This document shows, piece by piece, positions 15,714-28,400 of a DNA stretch of 64,000 bases (its first letter is position 1; every line of letters starts with the position of its first letter). Source of the stretch: Tubiluchus corallicola (Eukaryota; Animalia; Priapulida); the NCBI GenBank assembly GCA_030141605.1, contig JAQGDQ010000156.1:124001-188000 (forward strand), written 5' to 3'. A model generated the notes under the pieces. That model worked only from the letters and a program-made list of their open reading frames with translations. It was not told the origin of the DNA and did not search any database. A program made the translations under genes and the position numbers.

Positions 15714-18700
15714 TTTTCATTTTCAGATAAAGACCTCCACATTGAACTTGGCGATTACAAAAACCGCGTTGACCTAACAGATAGAGACGTCACCATCATT
15801 CGCTATGTGGTCGTTTATCGTTACGTTGGCGGAGAAGTTGCTCTGAATCCGCCTCCGCCTGTCGTTCTGAATCAGCAAGCTGGAGAAACGATTGGAGGCA
15901 TCGGATGTAATCCAAATCTGTGCAGTGCAAACAAGGTACATTTACTTAGGGTTGAAGACAGATGTTTAGGTAGGATGTTAAGTCATAATATAACTAATAA
16001 TTAGAAGGCTCATTTTTTCTTTATATCGTTAATCAAAATTTTCAGGTTATTGTGCTTGTTGAGCATTTTCAAATCAGGTTTTCAACCAGGTTGCAAACAT
16101 GTTGAAGCTGACTGCATTTTATCCCTTTTTGTTGGTCCAGGGACTCCTCCCTAATCACTACTCTTCTGGATATTGTTCTTGGAGGATGACATTTTAAAAA
16201 AAAGGCCCTATGAATTTGCAATGGCTATCATTTTTAGGAATACACTATTATGAATCCCGTATCAACTGACCAAGTTGGATTTTCCTCCTACTATTTCACA
16301 CTCAAGGTGATGGCAAAAACATCATTTTCAAGAAAATCTCATGATTCCGCCAGTATGTAATGGAAAGTTATGAAATTTTATATAAATATACTAAAACAAA
16401 TTACTCAACGTGGATGCTTGTAGCAACAACAGAAGTGTGGTTCATTATCAGGCGAAGGAAATGTTGAACTGGCACAAGTGCCTCAGCCACATTCGGAAGT
16501 GAATACATTCTTTTTCTAGGAAGAATAATTTCTAGGAAGAAAGATTTGTTTTCCTAAATGTCATGCTGTATTACATGATTTTTGCAGCACATGTATAAAA
16601 AGGTAATAGTATAACTTCTGCGAATATCATGGAATAGACCATGCATTGTTTGTGTTGGAAAAGAAAATTGATTTGTTGAAATATTTAGATTAAGATGCGT
16701 GTTGGCTGTTGACTTAAATATGAGATAAGGAGAATATTTTATTTGATTTTCCAGATATTTCCATTATATATACGCACTGATGAGCCATCGATCACACTCG
16801 ATAGCGTTACTTTTGAAAACATCTTGCAATCAGAGTGGGAACAAAAGAACGATGATATGCTTCCCATGATCCCTTGGAATTTGAGACTCGTCAACTTGAC
16901 CACGGGTGACATCACAAGCAGCGGAGAGCCAATCTACACAGCTTTGTATCAGGTGTCTCTCCCAGAAGGAATGGACGTCGATTCGGATCTGGTAAAACCA
17001 GGTGCCGAAGACATAAAATTGGCGATGGAAGGTCTGGGCTTCAATATCGTACCGGATGATTCGGTTTACACATCAGAATATCACTTTATGAGCAATCTTC
17101 CTGGTAGCGTCACTAGCAACGAAGCTGCCGATACCCTTGCAAACGCTTGGGCCACGGTATTAGATACCCGTCTTGTTCATGTTTATGTCGTAAACACCGA
17201 CGAAGCAACAGCAGACGATGGCACACCCATTACGAAGACGAAGTATTTTCTAAGTGTAGATGAAGCCATGGTCCCGCCCACCAACATTCAGGATCGCATG
17301 TTCAACCGGGTCGAAGAATTGCTTCTGAGAAAGAATGTGACGATAACTGCGGAGCATGTCGTTTTATTACAAGGAGCGTTTGATGAACAAGCCGTGGATA
17401 AACCTGTCATTTCAAGGGTGATTAAGGATGCCTGGGAAACAGCTAATCCTGGTATGTTGTAATCATTGCTTATTCTTACATAACAACTGTCACTAATGCT
17501 CATTTTAATGTTCCGCTGCGTTTCGTAGACTTACCCTGGACATTCCTAGATGTAGAACAGCTGCATATAAACCTAGTTTTCTCTTGGGCTTCTTAACTGT
17601 GGAATTCCTAACTGAAACTATAACTTTACTCAATTTATCAAGAACATCAACAGATACCGTCTACTACGAGCAAATTAATCATACGAATTCTATTTCTCTT
17701 AACATGTATATCTTCAGTCATATATTCATTCTTTTACTGTAGGTCACTACCTTGAGTGGCCATTGACCTTGTCTGAGGACCGGATTAAGATCTCAAGAAG
17801 GCCGTAAGCACTGGCCCTAAAAGATTATGGTGCCCCCACGCTTGTGTAATTCAAAACTAAAATAATACTAAACTGGATTTTTATGTTTCTAAATGAAAAA
17901 ACTTGCAGTAAGATTTATTTACAGTAGTCTCCTCCATCTTCACCATGTGATAAAATACCTACAGTCAAAAGCAACATTATCTTGTTTTCAGTATCACCAC
18001 ATCTTTATAAGCGTTACCACACTTGAAATATATCATGACATTTTATATAATCAATCAATGTCATCTTGTGAGCAGTGAGCAGCTCAGGCAGTTCAGTACC
18101 AGAATCTACATATCCATCTGACCTGTCATATTATAAATAAACACAGACGTAGACACACGTATTCGTTATGCTTTACTTTTGGGTAATTATTCGATTTGGA
18201 AACACCTGTGTGACGCCACTTTCCCTGGGGTCCCAAGCACGTGCTTATTTTGCTTAATAGTAATCTACCTGATATAATTTGTGTAAAAAAACTAAGACAG
18301 ACTGTATTTGCGAAATTGCTTCACCTTTTGCGTTGCTTTATATTTTGTAGACATGGTAGCGTAATTTGCATTAAATTCAGTATCCTGTTCACAAAATAAG
18401 GGCTGCGTAAACATGCATTTATCTCTGTGAAAGTCATGTTTGAAGTTGTTGATCACTCACTTTGTTATGATTGAGTTTAGGCACAGAAGTATGAACAAGA
18501 ATAAAAAATCTATAATACATATTTGCACTGCACACAACAGAAAAGTGTTTATTAAAACTACAGACACATAAGTAGCACGACTACTGCACTGAACACTGAG
18601 AGTGGGAGTGACTAGAAAGCAAAACCAGTCAGTATATATAGGTAGAGGTGACCTATGCAGACTTGCATAGGCTTCACAACAACCATTACTTTAAAATAGG

Positions 18701-19377
18701 GAGAGAACCAGTGAATATGCATTTACTGGACCATACAATTATACTGGGGGTAAGTCAGCTGGTAGAATGTAACAGGATTAGCTCATAGATGGCAGGACCT
18801 AATTACAACTTCCACAATCTCCCTAAAAATTATTAGAATCGGTCTGTTTGCTGGTACTAATTTTATCAAACTAGAGTGTAATGTTTGTATATTATTCATT
18901 TGTGAGAATTGTAAATAATATTTTGTTAAACACGTTGGCAATCTATTGTACATTTATAGATTTTGTTCGTTTTTGTTAACCACAGGAAAGGAGTTTCAAA
19001 TAGAAATCACAAGTTTCGTGAATGGAGAAAATCCTCCAACCACGCAAGTTTATTACACATTAAAAACTACGTTACAAGAAGATGAAACGGTTCAACCACC
19101 AGATAACAATGAGCTAGTGAGCTTTGTTTCTAGGGCAATTAGCAACACTGGGTGTGAATTCTGCACAAGTGAAAAGGTAATATCTAGTGGATTGCATAAT
19201 ATGCTACCTATTAATATTGAAGCTGCTAGAATTTGGCATAAAATTGTTACTTGTTAATTTTTTACCATACATGTAATGCATACATTGCTAAAAGATAGTC
19301 AAGCTCAGCATTTTTATTGTTTATAATGCATTTCAACCTTTTTGTATAACATAGAGTGGTAAAACTAAACTGTTTCG

Positions 19378-19412
<35 letters not shown>

Positions 19413-22400
19413 GCTGCTGCTGCTGCCATTGCTGTTGTGTTGTTGCTGCTACTCATACTCTTGCTGTTGCTGTTGCTGCTGCTGCAGCCATTGCCATTGC
19501 TGTTGTGTTGTTGCTGTTGCTGCTACTGCTATTGCTGTTATTGTTGCTGTTGCTCATGCTCTTGCTCTTGCTCTTGCTCTTGCTTTTGCTGTTGCTGTTG
19601 CTGTTGCTTTTGCTGTTTCTCTTGCACTATCAAAATTAACTGTAAGGTCAAAAACAGTTTTATTATAATTCCAAAGGCTTTTTATTTTCTTAATGAAATG
19701 GATATCGATAATCATTTTGTAATTTTTTTACAGCTATATCCGTTATATATCTTAACGGACAATCTTGCCGGCCTAATTCGATTTAATGAAGTTGAGAGGA
19801 TACTGCGACTGTCATGGGAACGGTCCAATCAAGACATGTTTTCTCGAACGCCGTGGCAACTTCAGGTTGTTAACTCTACCCAGGGGTTAGTCAGTCGTAC
19901 GGGAAGACCGGTGACGGCTCTCTTCTATGTTCTGTCTCTGCCTGATGGTTATAACATCAGCGAGGTCGTAACCGAACCGCGGTTCAGGATCATAAACGCT
20001 GGCATGAAAACGATCGGACTGAGTCTCGTTCGGCCAAATCAGGTTTATAACATGGAATATCACTTCATGAATGTTCTCAATGAACGATTGACAGCAGGTG
20101 AAGCTGCCGATAAGCTAGTCGAAATATGGGGACGGGTGTTTGAAGAGAGACCCGACGTGCCACGTATCCGTGTCATTGTCGTCAATACCGAGTTTAGTGG
20201 AAGCAACGAGTCTCCGATGACTAAAACGACTTACTATATTTCTCTAAACAATCGATTCATTCACCCGTCTACCATACACCCGGTAGAAAATGCTAAGCTG
20301 CTGTCGTATCTAACCGAGAAAGAACCCGATGTAGCCAGACCTGTGAATATCTCTCATTATGTAACATTTAAAGGAAGATTGACTCCGGAAGATATTAACG
20401 AGGAACCGCTTAAAGTAGCTTTGAAAAACGCTTGGTACATCAGCAATGCGGGTAAGTTATCTTTATCTGTAGAAATTATGAATCAGCTAACATTTTTATG
20501 TTGATACTGTAAGTTCCCCCCTACTGTCATAGGTACAGGTTTCATTAGTAAAGACGAATGTTCATTTGTTTTAGACAAGAACTTTATCATAGTAATTGGA
20601 AACTATATCAGTCAAGTCGATCCAGATGGAGAACCGTTGACGATTATTGAGTACTATGTAACTACAAACATTACGGAGAACGAGCATGTCTCTACACCTC
20701 CCGAGGACACACTAGCTCAGATCATCCAAGACACTTCTGGAATATTCCCGGAGCCGCCAGAAGAACAAGTGTGTGTACGTCTCGGATGTCGAAAGGTTGG
20801 CATATCTTCTGTATGCGTTTGATGTTATTAATATTTCTTTTATTGATTTCTCCTTCACGTAAAATAGTATTACATGTTCTTGATTTATTTTCGTGAATTT
20901 TTACTATTTTTATTTTTGTCTACTTGAACTTTTACAGTTTTTAATTGTTTTCATTATCTTTTTTATAGCATATGTATTTTTATGACATGTTTCTAATTCA
21001 ACGCGTGTACAACTCTCGTTACAGATGTATGTGTTATACCTATCCTCAGCTTCTCCTGTGCTCAACATAAGCGGACCACAACTCGAAGAAATGCTGATTG
21101 CAGCTTGGGACAGAAACAATCCGGCTGGCGGATCCGCGCCGGAGCATTGGAATCTGCGACTTGTAAACTGGACTACCGGTTACATAACCATAGACGGTCT
21201 ACCTGTAGCCGGCTTACATTATCAAGTGACTTTGCCCAATAATTATAATGTAGAAGACAGTCTGTCGGCTCCTTCGTTTATTCAACTTGCACCACGAGTG
21301 CAGGATCTGGGCTACATTCTCGTCCAGCCACAACGGGTGTTTGGTGAGCAGCACCACTTTGTTACTAACCTTCCGTTTGCTGCCAACTTCAGCACTGCAG
21401 CCGATGCGCTGGCATCTGCCTGGGCAGCTGTGCTTCAGCATTACTGGCCGCAAAGACAAGATGATGACAGAGTGTACGTTTACACGGTCAGTACGGAAGT
21501 GACCAGGACGGACGTACCCACAACAAGAGCTCTGTACTTTCTTCAGGTCCGGGACAAGATGATTAACCCGCTGGATATCGAAAGGAAGTACTTTATTAGA
21601 TTGAATGCGGGTCTCAGAGGAGAAGTTGTTGGTCCTGGTCCAACTCGAGAGGTGCGCATAGGAAACAACATTCTGAAAGTTGATCTCGGTGTGTTCAATC
21701 CCAGCTATAATCAAACTCTTTTGATAGCCGCACTTGAGAGAGCCTGGGAACTTAGCAATCCTGGTAAGCTGAAAAATTATTCACATTTTAGGGAGGTTGT
21801 TTTATACTTGCATAGCTTTTTAAACCTCAAAGTATCTTAATTATATTCAACGAGTCCTAGCAAATTAGTGACATTAAACATAACTACTGGTAATGGTAAA
21901 AAAGAGATTTAAAGTATTTCTTAATTATGTTTTGAATGCTATTATCCTAAGCAGGCTCAGATCTCCATCAAGACTGTAATTCCAAGTATGTCCGATCTGA
22001 CCCTTGGGTATGCATGATTTTTGTATTCTAAAATATAGTCGTTCATGATCAGTACAATGAAAAAAGCATAGCATATATTTTTAACTATATTAAAAACATC
22101 ATTTGCACCAAATTTAACAGACTATTTCTTATCTCACATTCCCAGAAGTTTCTTGTTATTCGATCATGTAGTTTTTGCATAATTTTCCTAGCGAGCTGAT
22201 ATAAAAACAATTGGCAACTATAATCTTTTTAGTGGGGGTAATTAAATCTTCTAATTGGAAAATTTTAATCGTTTCTTTATATTATTTATTTTTCAAGCTG
22301 CTCTTAATATAGTTTCACAGGTTTTCAGACCAACTATATATTTTGCTTATTGAGCAACGATCGTTTCGTCTATTCAAGCCATTATCAAACTATAAATTAT

Positions 22401-25400
22401 GCCAAAAAGAAGAACAAATAACACATTAATGATGCAAAGGCACAAACTGAAACTAGAAAACAACAGATTAGAATTTAACTTATCAAAATAAACTAGTTGT
22501 AATGGAAGAAATTGCAGAGAAATGTACAAAAATTTTACCTAACACACGAGAACCAAAAAGGTTCTTAATCCAAGTCTACCTTGTTCTCTGCAATTTCTTC
22601 CGTTATATTTTGTACTTTTTTCTGCAATTTTTTCTGTTATAATTTAGTTTATTTTGATAAGTTTAATTCCAACCTGTCATTTTGTATTTTCAGTTTGTGC
22701 CTTTGCATCATTATTGTATTGATTATTCTTCTTTTTGGCTTGATTTATAGTTTGATAATTACTTCAATGGCTTCAACGCTAAATAAACATGTTCATTCCT
22801 AGAAGATGGCTCTTTCGTGTATATATTTTGCTATTTGCTGTAGGGTTGTATATATTTTGCTATTTGCTGTAGGGTTGAAGTTCCATATATTGCTGAATAC
22901 TCCACTGGGGAATCCAAGTCCCTATGACACGATAGACATTCATTACACAGCCATCACTAACACCAATAACAAGGACGCCGTTATTCCACCATCGGAAGAG
23001 TTGTTACGGCAGGAGGTGCTCATAGTCTTTGGCAAAATCCCCCTTGTAGCTGATAATAAGGTACGCAGTCCAAAGTTAACACTATTTCAAGCTAAAAACA
23101 CGAACATGCTTGCTGATAGTAATGGCGGTCCTACAAATGTGAATGTGCAGACTTTGTATACTGATTTTTGTAATTCTCCATATACTGATTTTGTCTATAT
23201 TAACTGGACCTTGTATAGTAATACGTTTGTTTTCAACTCTTTTTTCTGTGACTCAGCATACATGTTTCTCAACTTTTGCTAACTACAAACCATTTTCTTT
23301 TTGTTTTTAGGCCGAAATAATATTAATAATCTTAAATGCGTAAAATTATCCAACTTGATATTCCAAGATAGCCATGTTTGTCTCTTCTTTTCTTTCCCAC
23401 TATTGAACATTATTGTATTTGCTGCTTTTTGTTTATTAAAAACTAAAACTTTTGCATCGTTGTTTAATCAACAGCCATCTTAAATGAAAAAGTTGATGAT
23501 CTTTAATTATTTGATGCATATACATTTAATTAATTAATTCGTAACGTTTCCGAGAGGGTGGCTAACCTTGATAACATTGATCACCTTGGTTTTTTTACCA
23601 CCCTTTCACCCCTGAAATTAATAATCACTTTTGCGCCTTCTAATGTTATTGAATGTTGTACAGAACTATAAATTACTTAATTACTTATTTTGTTATTATA
23701 AAGAATAACAAATAAACCGTGTATTTCCACGGTCAGGTAATCCTGGAAAATCCTTGAAAATACAGGCTATCCTGGAAAGTCTGGGAAAATCAGGGAATAA
23801 GATAATTTGCTAAAAAATCAGGGAAAATGATGAAAATGGGGCGAAAAGTCAGGGAAACTGGAAAAGGCTACAAAAATAGTCACGGTGAACCGAAATTGTT
23901 CCCAGCATATTTTTCAGCGATTCATGTTCAAATAAATTTTGCTATGGCAGGCTCCCAGTTTCGATTTCTGTTCCAAAAATAATGATTGGCCGATACATTA
24001 TGTATCAGTATATGTATGAATGTCCATATACAAAAATGTTTGAAAATGTATACTGGTAATGCAATTTCTACTTATCTGGTCATGGAAAATTGATATTTGG
24101 TCGGTGAAAAGTCAGGGAAATTTATTTTAAAATTCTGTAGAAACTTACTTCCTTACTAAAGAACGTGATATCCTTGTTCTGCATCTGATAATAAGGATCA
24201 GTGCCATTTTAGTTTAAACATAATTTATTGATTTGAAGAGACAGTTGAAGGATAACTGATAGTGTTTACAGTTTAATGTGAGCACCATGTTGTCAATCAT
24301 CCGGAGCTTACATGTACCATCTATTATCATAATTCATTCATACATTGTGCAATAACAGTGTGATATGAACATAAAACTTACGTGATTTTATAATAATTAC
24401 ATATTTCATTAAATTTGTGCCATTGTTATAACAAAAGCTTTACGAATATCAATTCTCTGCTCTTAAAGAATGGTATTTACAACTATAATCATGGTGTGGC
24501 TTGTTTTATAAACTTATAAACTTACACTTATAATCATAAACTTATAAACTTATTCAGATGGCATTTCTGCTCAAAATCTGTTTCTATCTTTTCAGTTTTA
24601 TCACATTTTTATCACTATTCCTGGAACTACGGTTGACATTGCACGACTTAAAACTCTTCTACGACAAGAATGGGAGAGTAACAACGATCTTGTCTTGTCC
24701 GGTTTCCCGTGGGATTTGCGCGTTATGAATTCCACCAGCGGATACATTTCTTCAGATAAAACACCTGTGGCACTCATTGCGTATCAGGTAATATTTTTAT
24801 GTTTATGTGGCGTACACCTTATAGATACAATGTTTTGTTATATTTAATAGTCATATTTAATAGTACAGTTACATTGGTAATGTTAACAATTTCTTTATGT
24901 TTATGTGGCGTACGACTAATAGATACAATGTTTTGTTATATTGAAGTCATATTTAATAGTACAGTTACATTGGTAATGTTAACAATTTCTTAATTCCTAG
25001 GGGCCATATGGTGTAACCTAGTATAAGCCTTAAATAATTAGCTTAAAACATAGAATTGGTATGTATCAATAGTATTAATATGTATTAAGCTATACAGAAA
25101 CTGCTAACATGGCTAATAAACGCATAAACTTAAACTTCGTGAAAATTACTGGACATACAAATGTAAACTGGAGGGGGGAGTGTTAACCAGTGCTTATCAT
25201 TTAGTACCTTGAAAGCCTTGAAAGTGTGCCTTAAAATAAGCATGCAAAATAGAATTATTCATCAGTAGACTATATTTAAAATAAGGAGTGGGCAAAATCA
25301 CTTATGGCTCAGAAATATGTTCATAGAATATGTAAGCAATTTATGCAAATGGTTAAGAAATTTATTAATCATTCGGTGCAGTGGCAATTTTGGAATGACA

Positions 25401-28400
25401 GAATGTGGTCCAAATGTTAACGGCAGTGCAGGTTTTATGATTACGTCAAAGACTCAGCGCACCTACAAATGGTGTTGGCATCAGATTTTTTCTGTAAATC
25501 TATACTCGTTTCTTTTGTTCATTTTGTGCAACGAAGTTTTGCTGTTCTTTAGCTTTTACCTCATTTATTACGTAATAAACGTAATATTTCAGATTTTGTT
25601 GCCAAGCGATCATGATAGAGACCTGATCCTAGAAGAACCGAGCATCGACAGGTTAGCTAGACGACTTCAACCCGAAGGTTTCAGGGTTTTCCCAGACAAC
25701 GACGTGTTCGGTGAAGATTATCACTTCAGCAGCATTCTAGCCGGTAACCTGGACATCAGACAAGCTGCTGAAGTAACGGCGACGGCGTGGGCTAAAGTTA
25801 ACCCTGCTCATGATGTCAAGGTGATTGTTTTACACATAATCATACAAGAGCTGTTTAAAGAAACAACTTTGAAACAAAAATTTGTTCTTTAATTTTAACG
25901 AGAACGTCGTTAGTACCGATTTTGCAAAATTATTTTGGTTATCACTTTATTTTAGTATCATCTAATGCTACGATTTATAACAGATGATTCATTAATTCAG
26001 TGAGGGTCATTTATCTATGTTTAAAATTTATAAGTAACGTTTGAACAGCTTAAATGTACTTAATGTGCAACAACATGCAAATTTAGCCGTACTGTACTCG
26101 CGACTGTACTTTTGCTCCGTGTGGGTGATTGGCCAGTATAATCGGTACTAACACGGCTGATGTTTTTTTTAAACTTGTTATTATCCTGTTTCGCTCAGAG
26201 CTGGTAAAAACTAGTAGTTAAATTTAGTACTATACGAATTTTTACTGTGACCTAGCTAACCTTTGAAGACTCAGATATTTTATTCAAGATGTATACTGAA
26301 TGTTGGCCAACCTTTTGTTATGCTAAAGTTACAAAACATTATATGTGTGCTTGCATAGCAAAATCGTATGTAAATCCACAATTAAGCTTTTCTAGTTATT
26401 CACATATCTTGAATTTCCATTTCATCATTTTGGTACCAAGCTCATCGCTCTACGTTATTTATAAGCTGAGATGATCTACAGTTGAAGTTGAAGTGCAGGC
26501 TACGCACAGAAAAACTTAACCTTGAGAACACCGCTGTTAGAGTCAGCCATAGTTTTTTGTCGCATATCTACAAAACACTTAGCAATTGTACAAATTTTGG
26601 TTGCTCACGGACCTTGCACGAGCAGAGTGAAGTTATGCTTAAATCCAGCAGACGGCTTTTCTTGACGAAGATCTGGGCTTGGTAAAAGAAAAACCCAAAG
26701 CAAAATGAATGCTTCCACGAGCTACTGTAGGAGTTTGAAAATACGGCTTTTTGCAATTGCAGGACTAGTTTCTAACACGAAAAATGGGTACAAGGTTATA
26801 AAATCGGATTTTTATTATTTTTTTAACATTTTCTTGATAATTTGATGTTAAAATACAAAAGTCTAATATATATAACATTTGTTTATATATAAAACAAAAA
26901 AATGACATTTTACCAAATTTTTGGTACATTCTACTTTGAAGCATAATAATGTAGTTTTAACTATGGCGACTTATGGACGTTTTTGGTCTGCAAGCACACG
27001 TCTAACATATAACGCACAAGCATAACACATTTCGTTATCACATTATACGAGCTGTAAGTGATCGGGAATGTCTGTGATAACTTTATTTCTTATTCTTTTA
27101 GAATTTTCTTATGCTTTTTAGGTGTATGCAGTGAAGATTACTCCCATCGTGGGGGGAGAAATATTCACAAAAGTCGTTTATTTCCTCACGTTCGATGGTA
27201 GAATCATCCGTCCTTCCGAGATTAATCAGAGAAACATGCAGCGAGTGAGGCAGGAACTACTCCGCCACGGGCAGGAACCTCCAGAAGAACAGACCATTAC
27301 CGTAGACGGACGCTACGATGGAACCATTGTCAATGAAACTGCTTTGCAGGTTGCGCTAGAAAATGCTTGGAATCAGATTAATCCAGGTGCATACACTTAT
27401 ATGAGAACATAATTTCTTTGTTTTGCTAGAATAGATTACTAGTATTATTTGTTCGTGTATAGACTTCTTCAGCATTCCTAAAGCTAGGCTCAAAACATGT
27501 CACCGTGTTATTATATTGTATGGTATTGTAGTGTATTGTATTGTGTTGTGTTGTGTTGTGTTGTGTTGTGTTGTGTTGTGTTGTGTTGTATTGTATTGTA
27601 TTGTATTGTGTTGTGTTGTGTTGCATGGATATTGTATTATAAACACTAAAATCAAAATAGGCGAGGATGTACAATCACCAAACTTGGCACAGGTCTTAGT
27701 AAGACCTGAAAATTCGTTGCTTTTTGGTTCAAAAGGTCAAAGACCAAAGTTACAATGTGGAAAACGTTACAATGGAAAAGTTACAATGTCAAAATAAGTT
27801 ATGTCTATGAAGAGTGACTTCAGTGAAGTTATGGCATGCACTTGTGCTTTAAAAATCAGTTGGTGATTATTGCTAAGGTTCTCAATGGTTACACCGGACT
27901 TAATGTTCTTTACTATAACGACATTCTTTCACTTTGAACCTCTTACAGGTGTGACTGTGTATGTTTACATCATCGGTTATGAGGAACAGGTAAACGATGA
28001 TGGAAGACCGGTGACCGTGATCAGGTACGTCATCACGACCGATGCAACAAGAGAACAAGATCTCCAAAGACCACCAACCCAAGTTATAACTAAATACGTA
28101 TTTGAGCAGTTAGACGATATCACGTATAATCAGCAGTTGAACAGTCTTGCTGTCTCTGGCAACTTCTCGCAGATTAGCGTCCGACAGCTCGAGGATATTC
28201 TGACCGATCTCTGGCAGCGGAAGAACCCGAGATTAAATAGAGAAACGTGGTACTTGAAAGTGACGAATTGGAACCAAGGTTTTATAACAATTAACGGCAC
28301 TCAAGTTGTCATATTTAACTACGTGTTAGCCATACCGGAAGACGTTCTCAAAGAGATCGAAATTGCGCGACCGACGAGGAACGAAATCGAACGCGAATTG

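Noticed and set aside
19356-19733. Poly-Val/Leu/Cys N-terminus of the 382-aa ORF as a signal peptide or metallothionein-like domain
   Set aside because: It is an intronic GTT/GCT microsatellite read through in frame; the real exon starts at the acceptor at 19733/19734, like its paralogous exons
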